A program made the translations under genes and the position numbers. From a virus (taxonomy: Duplodnaviria > Caudoviricetes), in the IMG/VR virus record IMGVR_UViG_3300011434_000012, positions 1 through 41,188 of that record: 41,188 bases of DNA. One strand, written 5' to 3'. Positions 16,716 to 26,046 of this stretch are shown piece by piece. The notes under the pieces are model-generated. The model saw only the letters and a program-made list of their open reading frames with translations, was not told the DNA's origin and did not search any database. Positions within the stretch are counted from its first letter, which is position 1; the number at the start of each line of letters is the position of its first letter.

Positions 16716-16717
16716 CG

Positions 16718-17317
16718 TTACACGCTGTAGGTTACGGTCAAAGAGACACCGCCCGTAGCACTTGAGCCGTTGGCCGCAAGGTGGGTCTCTGCTGCGTTGT
16801 CGTTGACGCGCTCGAAGAAAACGTCGGCACCCTGCGCGTAACAGATGATGGGGTTGAGGGTCGCCGTGTAATCGAGCCCCACCGCTGAACCGATTGACCC
16901 CGCATGGGAACCGGATGACGCGGTGAGCGGAAGGCCGCCGATGCGAAGCTGTCCCGCGCCAGCCGAGCCGATGCTCGACCAATTCACGGTCAGACGAGCG
17001 ACAACAACGCGGCCAAGTTTTGTATAGTCGCAAACCTGCGAGGAGATGGTGTAGTTGTTCGTCCCGTCGCCGATGGTGACGGTAACTGTCCCTTCCTCGT
17101 AATCGTCGAGGGTGTTGGCGTCTGTGCTCGGAACCTGTGTCGCAGGGAACTTGATCTGTCCGCCGGGCACACTGAGCAAGCCGCTAATCGTCAGTGCCCC
17201 GTTGAACGTCTCCGCGACATCGCGCTTGACGTTGCGCAGATCCTCACGAACGAGTTCATTCAGGATGCCTTGGAAGACATCTCTAGCGTATTGGAGTGGA
17301 GCAGAGAGAGGATTCAT
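16718..17317 (-). CDS. tail fiber/spike-like protein
   Basis: ANTLDDYEEGT...YTKLGRVV...IGGLP motif typical of phage fiber tips. Confidence 0.75.
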   Translation of the reverse strand: MNPLSAPLQYARDVFQGILNELVREDLRNVKRDVAETFNGALTISGLLSVPGGQIKFPATQVPSTDANTLDDYEEGTVTVTIGDGTNNYTISSQVCDYTKLGRVVVARLTVNWSSIGSAGAGQLRIGGLPLTASSGSHAGSIGSAVGLDYTATLNPIICYAQGADVFFERVNDNAAETHLAANGSSATGGVSLTVTYSV

Positions 17318-18804
17318 CGCCGCCCGCCCGGCCGTACGTCAAGCCGCGCGTCACCGAAGCGCCAGTGCGTCGCCGCCACTCCAGTCACTACCAGTTCAAC
17401 CTGTCGCGCACTAAACCGAAGATCGGTCTTGCCGCCGTCACTCAACTCGACCTCTGCCAGAACGGTTTCGTCCGCGTCTGGATAGAGCCGCGTGCGGAAG
17501 CTGACAGTTACGCCGCCGGCATCGGTATGTGTCGAGTGCGCCTGATCCGGAACAATGCCGAGGACATGCATCACGCGATCGCCGTTGCCGATCTCGATTG
17601 GGCCGCCGCGCGCGTATGGCGCCGAGCCGCTGTATTGGAAGCCAAGCTCGTGCTCGTACACATAGCCATCCGACCCAACGCAGAACGGCGTATCGAATAT
17701 GCCGGGCGCGCAGCCCGAAAGCCTTGTCAGTGTACCGTTCGCCCAATGGTCGTAGCGGTATGACCAAAATACGTAGTCGGTGATCTCCGACGCGCCGTCG
17801 CGCGGATAGAACCACCAAATTTCCTGGTTCTTAGCATTGTGAAAGCCGGTAATCTTGGATTGCTGGGCGGTCGTGAGGTTATGCGCCAGATCGTCCCAAA
17901 GGTCGCAACGCAGGGGCCGAACGACGCCGTCATAAACCCAGTAACCGGACTTGCTCCACCACGCGACGAACGAGCCCGCCGAGACGATGCATCCCTTGGA
18001 TAATGCCCCGCATGCGTCGCCGACCTTGCGTGCGCGCAACACGTACGGAAGTCCAAGGTAATCGACAACGTAGGCGTCTATGTCAGTCAGCATGATGACC
18101 TGGTCGCCGACTGCGCGGGCCGTGATCAGAGAGCCTTGCGGTATTTCATCGCTGCCGGCCTGATTGGTCGCGGACGGCGTCCAGACCGTGTTGTCACCGA
18201 CTGTGCTCCACTGCCACTTGCGCGGGTTGCCGCCAGCCCCCAGTGCGATCAGTAGGCGCTTAGGATGAACGACGAGCCCCGAGCAATCGACTGGCGCGTT
18301 CGTAATCGCCGCCGCGACGCTCGTGTTCTGCCACTCGTAGAGTATCCCGTCATCTTTCGTGCATCCAACGAGATATTGGCCCCAGATGTCCAGGTCCCAG
18401 ACGGTTGCCGGTTCGGCATTCCCGGTATCTGGCCGCGGCGTGCCGTAGGCGCCTTTGCCGTATAGTCCCTTGCCGTATCCAGTCTTGACGGTCGAGTCTG
18501 TAATGCCTGACGTGAAGCCAGCAGGCGTAATGTCGCTCAGAACACCTGTCGAGACCATCGCGTAGAGCTTTGAATGCGTCCCGATGGCCGCGCGGCGCGT
18601 ACCATCGTTTGACTTCCAGACGACGATTGCGCGCGGCTTGCCAGTGACGGTTGTGGTCGATTTCTGCACCCAGCCGCCGATTGGCCCGAGCACCTTGCCG
18701 TCATACCAGCGCACAAGATGCGCGTCGTACCAGCGTCCCTGTGCCTGATATTCAGTCCCCGAGCGCATCACGCCAGGGGGAATTTTCAGCGGCAGATAGG
18801 CCAT
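17314..18804 (-). CDS. tail nozzle/packaged-DNA stabilisation protein (P22 gp10-like)
   Basis: ~500 aa beta-rich, EIWWFYP motif, position in the virion operon. Confidence 0.75.
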   Translation of the reverse strand: MAYLPLKIPPGVMRSGTEYQAQGRWYDAHLVRWYDGKVLGPIGGWVQKSTTTVTGKPRAIVVWKSNDGTRRAAIGTHSKLYAMVSTGVLSDITPAGFTSGITDSTVKTGYGKGLYGKGAYGTPRPDTGNAEPATVWDLDIWGQYLVGCTKDDGILYEWQNTSVAAAITNAPVDCSGLVVHPKRLLIALGAGGNPRKWQWSTVGDNTVWTPSATNQAGSDEIPQGSLITARAVGDQVIMLTDIDAYVVDYLGLPYVLRARKVGDACGALSKGCIVSAGSFVAWWSKSGYWVYDGVVRPLRCDLWDDLAHNLTTAQQSKITGFHNAKNQEIWWFYPRDGASEITDYVFWSYRYDHWANGTLTRLSGCAPGIFDTPFCVGSDGYVYEHELGFQYSGSAPYARGGPIEIGNGDRVMHVLGIVPDQAHSTHTDAGGVTVSFRTRLYPDADETVLAEVELSDGGKTDLRFSARQVELVVTGVAATHWRFGDARLDVRPGGRR

Positions 18805-19548
18805 TTATTGCACCGTCCAATCGCCGCCGTCAGCGTCCTGCTCAGTCCACACGCTCGAACTGCCCTGCTGGCTTGACCATGAGCTGCCCGCCCCGCTCTG
18901 CGGCGTCCACGCGCTTGCGCTACTGGATTGTGAGACCCATGAAGCGGCCTCAGCCGCTTGGGTGACCCACGCAAAGACAGTTGGCGCAAAAATTATGGAG
19001 TCGTTCGTGACTAGACCGGGGCTTATGCCCTGCGGGCTGTCTACGGTAGGTGAAAAGAAGCTCTGCGCGTTGGTGACAAGACCGGCGGTAAGCGCATAAA
19101 CGCTCGCGACTGACGGCGCGTAGAATGTTTGTGAATTGGTGACAAGGCTCGGAAGGAGCGCTTGATCGCCAAGTGCGACCGTTGGCGCGTAGAATGTTTG
19201 TGAATTCGTAACAAGCGACGGCGATAGGTCAACTGCTCCGGGAGCAACTGTCGGTGCGTGAAATGTCTGCCCGTTCGTGACCAGCGATGGCTGGACATCC
19301 ACCGCACCAGGAGAAACTGTCGGTGCAAAGAACGTCTGCGAATTGGTGACGAGGCTGGGCGCGAGATCAACGGCACCGGGCGCAACAGTGGGCGCGTAGA
19401 ACGTCTGCGAATTGGTGACGAGACTCGCAATGACTGGCCCGGCCGCAACCGGCGCGTAGAACGTCTGCGCATTCGTGACAAGGCTGGGAACGAGGGCTTG
19501 ATCTGCTATTCCAACAAGTGGGGCATAAAACCAGAATGGCGAACTCAC
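18805..19548 (-). CDS. repeat-rich virion protein
   Basis: Eight LVTNxQTFxAPxV-type repeats (~22 aa) then six 10-aa WxxQ repeats. Confidence 0.8.
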   Translation of the reverse strand: MSSPFWFYAPLVGIADQALVPSLVTNAQTFYAPVAAGPVIASLVTNSQTFYAPTVAPGAVDLAPSLVTNSQTFFAPTVSPGAVDVQPSLVTNGQTFHAPTVAPGAVDLSPSLVTNSQTFYAPTVALGDQALLPSLVTNSQTFYAPSVASVYALTAGLVTNAQSFFSPTVDSPQGISPGLVTNDSIIFAPTVFAWVTQAAEAASWVSQSSSASAWTPQSGAGSSWSSQQGSSSVWTEQDADGGDWTVQ

Positions 19549-20256
19549 TTAAGCCGCCTTTCTGATGCTCGCGTCGAAATTCCTGTCCGTGCCGCCGATC
19601 TTGATCAACGTTGCGTCCCACCCGTTGCCGAGCATGAAGCCTTGCGTGACCAGTTGCTCGGCCTGAACGTCCTGAAGGCGTAAATCGAAGAACTGCCGCT
19701 TGGTCCCGCCCGTCGCCTCGACCTTTTCGTAAAGGCGCAAGCGGAACTCGTCCGCCTGCGCCATCGCCGCGCCGATGGGATCGACAAGCACCCAATAAAA
19801 CCCCTTGGTCGTGTCTGTCGAAAGCGAAGACGTGCCGGAGATAAGCGAAATCTCCGTCGTACTGATGCTCACTCCGTCAAGCTCGGCGTGCTGCGTCCAG
19901 GTGCCGAGCTTGCGGATTTCCGCGTCCCACGAGCGGTCCGTACCGGCGATCTTCTGGATCGTCATGTCCCAGCCGAACCCCAGCGGCAAGGGCGGGAACA
20001 CCCACGGCTCGGCCTGCGCATCGCTGAGCGTGGCGACGAAGATCACCCGCTTCGTGCCGCCGGTCTCCTCGACCTTGTCGTAGATGCGGATTTTGAACTC
20101 GTCGCCCTTGGCCATGCCCGCCGCAACGGGATCGATCCAGAGCTGGTACACGCCTTTCGTCGTGTTGGTCTGAAGTGACGTTGTGCCGGAGATGACCGAA
20201 AGCTCGGTCGTTCCAACCGAAACCCCATCAAGTTCGTAGGCGGAAGTCCAGCTCAT
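19549..20256 (-). CDS. virion protein of two homologous ~115-aa halves
   Basis: Internal duplication (ELDGVS..TTE.S.ISGT.SL.T.TTKG.Y...DP...DEF..R.Y.KVE.TGGTKR). Confidence 0.75.
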   Translation of the reverse strand: MSWTSAYELDGVSVGTTELSVISGTTSLQTNTTKGVYQLWIDPVAAGMAKGDEFKIRIYDKVEETGGTKRVIFVATLSDAQAEPWVFPPLPLGFGWDMTIQKIAGTDRSWDAEIRKLGTWTQHAELDGVSISTTEISLISGTSSLSTDTTKGFYWVLVDPIGAAMAQADEFRLRLYEKVEATGGTKRQFFDLRLQDVQAEQLVTQGFMLGNGWDATLIKIGGTDRNFDASIRKAA

Positions 20257-21095
20257 CAGCTCACCGCGTGGATAACGCCGTTATAGCCGCCGTCGTTCGT
20301 GCCGCTGTTCGAGGCACGCAGCGTCAGGCGCGAGCCTGCCGGGATGTCCACGAATGTGGGCCAGCACGGATAGGGTCCGTCCATTTTTTCGTTGCCGCTC
20401 GTGCCGTAGCGGTAGACTTGGGTCAGCACTTCCTGGGTTGCCGCGCCGTAGCCAATGTCGAGAGCGAAGCCACGAAGGTTCGTCGTCGTGTCGCCCGTCA
20501 CCTGGAAGCTCGGGAACAGCGCAAAATGATCTTCACTCGTGCTCGCTGTAATTTCCGTGTGCGAGCCTTCAGCGCCTGACGCGCCTGGAGTGATCGTGGT
20601 GCCATTTGGCACGGTCCCCATGCCGTAGGTCGTGACCTTGGAGCCGACGCGATATTTCGGGCTCCCATCACCGCCGAAAAGCGTGGCGGAGACACCAACG
20701 GTTGCACTCACTCGCGCCCCTGCCGCCCGCGCCGTAAGGCGAGACCCGGCCGGGATGTAGAGCGGAAACGCCCATTGCTTGGGACCAAGTCCTTCCGTTC
20801 CCCACTGGCCGCAATAGCCCATGAGAAGATCGGGGATCAGCACTTCTTCGGTCGCACCGCCGATACCGATGTCGATGCAGCCCTGCGATGCCGCCGTAGC
20901 GAGCCCGTAGGCACTTGCCAGGATGTGAATCCAGTAGGCATCGAACGACGTGCTCGCGATCAACTCAACCCAGGACCCCTTTGTCGAAGAGGACCCGCCT
21001 GTCGTTACCACTGCGCCAGGTGAAGTAGCGCCGACGCCCGTGAAGGCATCGTTATACTGCCAGCGCTCGATACCCTTCTGTGGGACCCAGAGCAT
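20256..21095 (-). CDS. virion protein with a duplicated domain
   Basis: Two copies of E..AST...DIG.G.AT.EVL...IPAGSRLT.RA. Confidence 0.75.
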   Translation of the reverse strand: MLWVPQKGIERWQYNDAFTGVGATSPGAVVTTGGSSSTKGSWVELIASTSFDAYWIHILASAYGLATAASQGCIDIGIGGATEEVLIPDLLMGYCGQWGTEGLGPKQWAFPLYIPAGSRLTARAAGARVSATVGVSATLFGGDGSPKYRVGSKVTTYGMGTVPNGTTITPGASGAEGSHTEITASTSEDHFALFPSFQVTGDTTTNLRGFALDIGYGAATQEVLTQVYRYGTSGNEKMDGPYPCWPTFVDIPAGSRLTLRASNSGTNDGGYNGVIHAVS

Positions 21096-21097
21096 CG

Positions 21098-21445
21098 TCA
21101 GTGCGTAATTATCTTGGGTCGCGCTACGACGAGCGACGGGCTGATATTCTGATCGAATGGAAACAGGCCGTCCTTGCGAACGCGCGTGCCGTCGTAGTGA
21201 TCCATCAGAAGCTGTTTCATCCGCCCGAACACCTCGTTGAATTCGCGCTCAGCGGCCTCGCGTGTCGGGTGAGCTTGACGCATCGCCGTGACCATCATGC
21301 CGGCCGAAGCGTTCACCACATCTCCAATCGAGAACCTGTCAGCCACGCGCCCGAATTCTCGGGTCAGATGTGCAACCCGTTCCGGAGCGCTTCGCATCAG
21401 TGGGTCGCGAACGTTCTTGCCGCTGCCGTTCAGGGTATCGGTCAT
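21098..21445 (-). CDS. hypothetical protein
   Basis: ATGA coupling with the upstream gene. Confidence 0.65.
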   Translation of the reverse strand: MTDTLNGSGKNVRDPLMRSAPERVAHLTREFGRVADRFSIGDVVNASAGMMVTAMRQAHPTREAAEREFNEVFGRMKQLLMDHYDGTRVRKDGLFPFDQNISPSLVVARPKIITH

Positions 21446-21861
21446 AGTTGCAGAATACCGGAGGCGTTCCATGTAACCGTGATGTTGCCGCCATTGGGCG
21501 TAACCGGGAGCCCCGTAACTCCTGTGTCCTCAAACAGCACGAGCCGCCATGTCGTATTCGCGCCGACATTGTGGCGATAGATAACCAGCGCCTCTACGGT
21601 GTTGCCAGACACGGCCGTGTAGGTTAGGTCGCCGCCGTCAAAAAGCCCGTCCGCGACCGTGGGGGCGGTGATTCTTTGGTCCGTCCCGACGATGCCCGAG
21701 AGATCGTTGTAGAAATCGTGCGCGGATGAGTAGGTATAGGTGCCCGTATCCACGAGCGCGCAAAATGGCCCGTCCGTAGCGTCGTTTACATCAAGGCCCT
21801 TGTTGGCGTCCGCCGTAGTCAGCAGCGCTTGCTTGTATTCGGGATAGACTGCATTAGCCAT
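21442..21861 (-). CDS. virion structural protein
   Basis: MANAVY...GLPVTPNGGNITVTWNASGI motif typical of phage structural genes. Confidence 0.75.
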   Translation of the reverse strand: MANAVYPEYKQALLTTADANKGLDVNDATDGPFCALVDTGTYTYSSAHDFYNDLSGIVGTDQRITAPTVADGLFDGGDLTYTAVSGNTVEALVIYRHNVGANTTWRLVLFEDTGVTGLPVTPNGGNITVTWNASGILQL

Positions 21862-22515
21862 TTACCAGCCTCGCGTGATGCCAAACATGCGCTGCCCCTG
21901 AAGCATCGGATCAACCCTGAGACGGCCGCCCGGCACTCGGTTTGATTTCTGTATGTCGTCAAGCGCCGCCTGGAACAGCGCTCCCCACGTCCCGACGCGA
22001 TCGTCATCGATTAGGAACGGCGATCCCTGCAAGAGCGCACCGTACAGGTACGCATCAGGCCAAGAGGCCAGCACCCAATTGGACGAATTGGACGCGAGCG
22101 CAGGGATCTTGGCGTAGTACGTCAGCTCGCCCGTGTAGTCCTGGTCTGGTATCGGCAAGAGCTGCAACGCCGTTCCGACATGCGCGTAGAACTCCGGCTC
22201 CCCTGTTGACGACACGTCAACCTTTTCCGAGAGCAACCGCTCCTGCGAGAGGCGCTCCAAAAGACGGATATCGCTCTCGCTAATTTCTAGCGTGAGAGAA
22301 ATCGGCTCCAGCATATCTGCACCGGGATCGGCGATGAACTCGACGCCGGATGAGAAGGTCGCCTCCGAGCGCGTCACCATCTGGCGGACACGAAGCCGGC
22401 GGTTCATTTGCGCTTCGGCGAGCGCGATAAAGTCGGGGACTTGTGACGTGAGGTCCGTGCGATTAAGCCACGAGGCTACGGCGGCCTGAAGCTCAGTGTA
22501 CGTGCTGAACGCCAT
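21862..22515 (-). CDS. head-tail adaptor protein
   Basis: YTELQAAVASWLNRTDL...PDFIALAEAQMNRRLR...PDAYLYGAL. Confidence 0.85.
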   Translation of the reverse strand: MAFSTYTELQAAVASWLNRTDLTSQVPDFIALAEAQMNRRLRVRQMVTRSEATFSSGVEFIADPGADMLEPISLTLEISESDIRLLERLSQERLLSEKVDVSSTGEPEFYAHVGTALQLLPIPDQDYTGELTYYAKIPALASNSSNWVLASWPDAYLYGALLQGSPFLIDDDRVGTWGALFQAALDDIQKSNRVPGGRLRVDPMLQGQRMFGITRGW

Positions 22516-22527
22516 CGTTTCATTACC

Positions 22528-23349
22528 TCAGTAGGAACAGCGGTTGCACGGGTCTGGGACTTGCTTGCGGCTCAACAACTTCTCGCGACGCCCGCGCCAG
22601 TGTGGAGAGTTGTAGACCTCAAGCATTGTCTGCTTGTTCACGTCGCCGATCTGATACTTGCCCGTCCCGTCCATGCAGCACAGGCTCACGCGGCCATCAG
22701 CCATGATGGAGAGTTCAAACCAACGCACGCACGGCCGATCTGGAATTTCGGTGAAATGCGGATCGGTGTAATCGATCCATGCATCCTTCTTGATCGCGAG
22801 CGATTCGAAGTTTGGCCAGCGATCGAAGCAATAACGCCTGAACGGCTCGTTCGGGAAACCGACAGTCGAGAGCACGACTGGGTGCGGAAACCCGCACGCG
22901 TGAAGATAATCGAGGCGCTTGGCCGTCTGCTCGAATTTGAGACCCATAAGACGTTCGTATTCGATCGGATCATGCGAGTTCAAAGAAACCCACAGATGCG
23001 CGACATTCGTGAGGCGGCCCATCGCTTCGACCTTGTCCGGTGTTAGCGGCGAGCCGTTCGTAAAGATGCGCAGCCTGATGTGCGGCGCTTCGCGGTTGAT
23101 GCGCTCGCAGATCGGGATAAGGCGATTGTCCAGAAGCGGCTCGTTCACCTTGAATGGTGAAAATGACATAGGCTTGGCCGGGAGTTCGACCAGTTCACGC
23201 AAGAGCTTGTCGAGAAGATCGTCCGACATGCGCGTACCCTTGCGGTCAAGCGTCGGATACGGGCAGAACGAGCACGACGCGTTGCACTGGGCGAACGTTT
23301 CGATACTGATTTCAGCGGGCTGATCGAGCCACTCGCCGCTGTAGGTCAC
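22528..23349 (-). CDS. radical SAM protein with SPASM/twitch domain
   Basis: CNASCSFC (CX3CX2C), EPL and TNG motifs; C-terminal C...DGRVSLCC.D...IGDV...CNRC. Confidence 0.92.
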   Translation of the reverse strand: MTYSGEWLDQPAEISIETFAQCNASCSFCPYPTLDRKGTRMSDDLLDKLLRELVELPAKPMSFSPFKVNEPLLDNRLIPICERINREAPHIRLRIFTNGSPLTPDKVEAMGRLTNVAHLWVSLNSHDPIEYERLMGLKFEQTAKRLDYLHACGFPHPVVLSTVGFPNEPFRRYCFDRWPNFESLAIKKDAWIDYTDPHFTEIPDRPCVRWFELSIMADGRVSLCCMDGTGKYQIGDVNKQTMLEVYNSPHWRGRREKLLSRKQVPDPCNRCSY

Positions 23350-23873
23350 TTCTTGGCTTTCAGGATGAATCCGTAAGTATCACCCTTCTCAATCGCGGCG
23401 AACGGTTCAAAATTCCCCTTCCACCAAGGCCTGTAGTCAGTCATTGGCGTCGTGCCGAGCTGGGCGTACTCACGCTGATCCAGAAAGATCAGAGAGCCCT
23501 TCGTGATAATGCGCGTGTGGCCTGGATCGCCCCAGGCCCAAGGCGAATCCCACATAGGCACCGTGGCGACAAGAAGACCGTCAGGCTTCAGGATGCGCCA
23601 TAAATCATAGAACTGGGCGAAGAAAAACTTCCAGTCGCCCTGCCGGCCGCAATGCTCCAGCACTTCGTAGGCGTGTATCTCGTCAAACGTGTTGTCGTCA
23701 AAGGGGAGTGGCTCGGGGTTGGCCAGGTCCCACACCACGTCTGGCTTGCACGATGGATCGATATCTAGTGTCGTGAGGTTGGACCAGTCAGTGGTTCCCC
23801 ACGAACCGTTTACTTTCTTCTCGCGTGAGTTGCCGCAACCGATCAGGAGTTCGCGTCTGCCGTCGAGTTTCAT
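23346..23873 (-). CDS. class I SAM-dependent methyltransferase
   Basis: LLIGCG motif I, LDID, LPFDDNTFDEIHAYEVLEH, RILKPDG. Confidence 0.9.
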   Translation of the reverse strand: MKLDGRRELLIGCGNSREKKVNGSWGTTDWSNLTTLDIDPSCKPDVVWDLANPEPLPFDDNTFDEIHAYEVLEHCGRQGDWKFFFAQFYDLWRILKPDGLLVATVPMWDSPWAWGDPGHTRIITKGSLIFLDQREYAQLGTTPMTDYRPWWKGNFEPFAAIEKGDTYGFILKAKK

Positions 23874-24664
23874 GCCGACACCTCGGCGGCCTTGGCGTCC
23901 TCGTCGGCCTCAAATTCCTTGGACTTCTCCAGTAACCATTTGTGATAGTTGCCAACGAAGCGCCCGCCATGAGTGAACTCAAAATCCGGCCAGACTGGGA
24001 TTGGCTCCTTGAAAATCCTCACGTAGTCGTCGCAAAACGCAAAATCTTCGCCGATCATACGCTCCTTGCCCTCACCCACGTCCTCAAACTTCTCGTAAAA
24101 GAGCTTTGGACACTCGAACTCTTTGCCTACGTACAGAAGTGGGCGCTCCCGCACCATGCGTTCAATCGTGTCGCGACGAATCACGAGAAACCCGGCCGCG
24201 ACACGGTCTGCCATGACCCAGCCGTCTCTTGTCTGGACCGTGCCGTCAGGATTGGGCACGTAGCGGAGCGGGTATTCTTCCGGGTCCTGACGCTTACGAT
24301 ACGCGCCGGCGCAGATGGGCTTGTTTGCTTTCGCGAGTTCAATCAGGGCGCGCGGTTCCCATCGCAGGTCCGCGTCGATGAATGCCAAGTGCGTCGCATT
24401 CGTCTTGAGGAACATCTGCACGAAACGATTGCGCGCGATGTCGATAAACGCGCCGTTGCCCATGACGGTCGTCGTGATGTAGACGCCGTTAATGAGCGCG
24501 ACTAGGCACGTCTCGGCAATCGATAGGGCGTAGTCAGTCAGTACGCGCCCGTCATAGGCCGGCGTAGCGACGAAGACGCGGATGTCGAAATGTTCAGGTC
24601 CATCCGGCGGCACCGGAAACGGGATGCCGTCCGAGTCGAGAATTGGTCTGCGCTTGAAGGCCAA
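23870..24664 (-). CDS. GT-A-fold glycosyltransferase-like protein
   Basis: VFVATPAY...ARN...HLAFIDAD (DxD)...GF...GEDFAFC. Confidence 0.8.
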   Translation of the reverse strand: MAFKRRPILDSDGIPFPVPPDGPEHFDIRVFVATPAYDGRVLTDYALSIAETCLVALINGVYITTTVMGNGAFIDIARNRFVQMFLKTNATHLAFIDADLRWEPRALIELAKANKPICAGAYRKRQDPEEYPLRYVPNPDGTVQTRDGWVMADRVAAGFLVIRRDTIERMVRERPLLYVGKEFECPKLFYEKFEDVGEGKERMIGEDFAFCDDYVRIFKEPIPVWPDFEFTHGGRFVGNYHKWLLEKSKEFEADEDAKAAEVSA

Positions 24665-24679
24665 GCGGCGGTTCCTTCT

Positions 24680-24720
24680 AAAAAGAGAGCGGAGCGCCCA
24701 TAACAGGTGCTCCGCTTCTC
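24680..24720 (-). terminator. rho-independent terminator after the capsid gene
   Basis: Minus strand GAGAAGCGGAGCACCTG-TTA-TGGGCGCTCCGCTCTC-TTTTT. Confidence 0.75.
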
Positions 24721-24730
24721 AGGTTGGTGT

Positions 24731-26002
24731 TTACGTCAGTTTGTTAATGTGCCGACTGGCAAGACCCTCCTGGGCATACAGCCCAGCAAAGCCCCACAGG
24801 ACATCGAAACGCGCCGGCACGCGGTCGTTCGCGACATCCCACTGACGACCAAGGCGCATCGAGATGCCGTCGAGAACATCTCGCGCACCCCAGGCGCCGA
24901 ACTTCGAAACGTCGATCAGATCCGCCGTCACGAAGGCGAACGCGTCTTTGTGGAAGAACAGCGACTGACCGACCTGAGTTGAGGCCGCGTTCCAATTGGT
25001 CACCGTCAGGCCCGACGTGTCGGCTCCGGTCATGATGGCATTCTGGTACGCGTTGCCCGACCCGACCATGATTCCAGGCTTCACCGTGACGGTGTATGTG
25101 TTTGCCTGCGTGGTCAGGGTAATATCGGCTTGGACCACAAACGTCTTGAGGCGCCCGTAGCTGGTCTTCGTCTCCGGGTGGCAATCAACAAAGCCGTCGG
25201 CGAGTGTGCCGAACGTCAGGATGTCGCCTGCCTTCAAGGTCGTGCCGGTGTTCTGCCCGGTCACGCTCACGTCCGTCTGGGAAACCCAGGCGTTCGAGGT
25301 CGTGGTCGTGGCGTTGCCCGTGCCCGTGGTGAGTGGTGAGCCTGCGAGCGTTCCGGTCGTGTGCGTCGGGATGAGGGTGTTTTCGTACACCTCAAACCCG
25401 CCAGTACGACCCATCTTCCCTTCCTTGTAGGCGCGCTTGATGTCCTCGCTGGACTGGAAGAGGCCTTTGACGGCGTCTTGGAAATTGGTCTTGCTGCGGG
25501 GCGTGAGGCAGGCGTAGCGCTCGTCGTCCGTCGGCGCGAGCGATTCGGTCATGAACTGCCCGTTCTGCTGGAACGTCAGGTAGGTCATGTCCGTAGTGCT
25601 CGTACCCGTGTAGTTGGGAACGAGCTTGTAGGCGGCAGCCAGAGCGTCGCCCTCGATCTTCGCAGCGAGCTGCGACATCGCAGGCTTGATGAAGACCTTG
25701 GAGAAGTCATCCAAGTTCATCGTCAGCTCGACGGACGTGAACGACACGTCAACGCCGTACTGGCTGGCACACACCAGCGGTGTAGAGCGCTCAACATGGT
25801 CCTGGTAGGACGCGGTTGAACCGGTTCGCACCGTGTACTTGGGCGGCAGGCGGACGTTGATGGTAGTGCCATTCTTGCCGCCCCTTTGGGCGAACTGGTT
25901 ATCGTACTGGATGTTGCAATTGGCGGTGAAGTTGAGCTTCTGGTGCAGCACGCGGATTGCCTCCCGCGTGATCTGCAACGGGGTAAGGATCGTGTTAGCC
26001 AT
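24731..26002 (-). CDS. major capsid protein (P22 coat-like)
   Basis: MANTILTP..ITREA..L...G.TINVRLP...PAMSQLA...RFDVLWG; follows the scaffold gene. Confidence 0.92.
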   Translation of the reverse strand: MANTILTPLQITREAIRVLHQKLNFTANCNIQYDNQFAQRGGKNGTTINVRLPPKYTVRTGSTASYQDHVERSTPLVCASQYGVDVSFTSVELTMNLDDFSKVFIKPAMSQLAAKIEGDALAAAYKLVPNYTGTSTTDMTYLTFQQNGQFMTESLAPTDDERYACLTPRSKTNFQDAVKGLFQSSEDIKRAYKEGKMGRTGGFEVYENTLIPTHTTGTLAGSPLTTGTGNATTTTSNAWVSQTDVSVTGQNTGTTLKAGDILTFGTLADGFVDCHPETKTSYGRLKTFVVQADITLTTQANTYTVTVKPGIMVGSGNAYQNAIMTGADTSGLTVTNWNAASTQVGQSLFFHKDAFAFVTADLIDVSKFGAWGARDVLDGISMRLGRQWDVANDRVPARFDVLWGFAGLYAQEGLASRHINKLT

Positions 26003-26046
26003 CGTTTTCTAGTCCTTGTGGTTCGCGACGCACGCGCGAATCGCCG

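Noticed and set aside
15177-21095. Diversity-generating retroelement or invertible tail-fiber cassette
   Set aside because: No reverse transcriptase or serine invertase recognised, and no template/variable repeat pair seen
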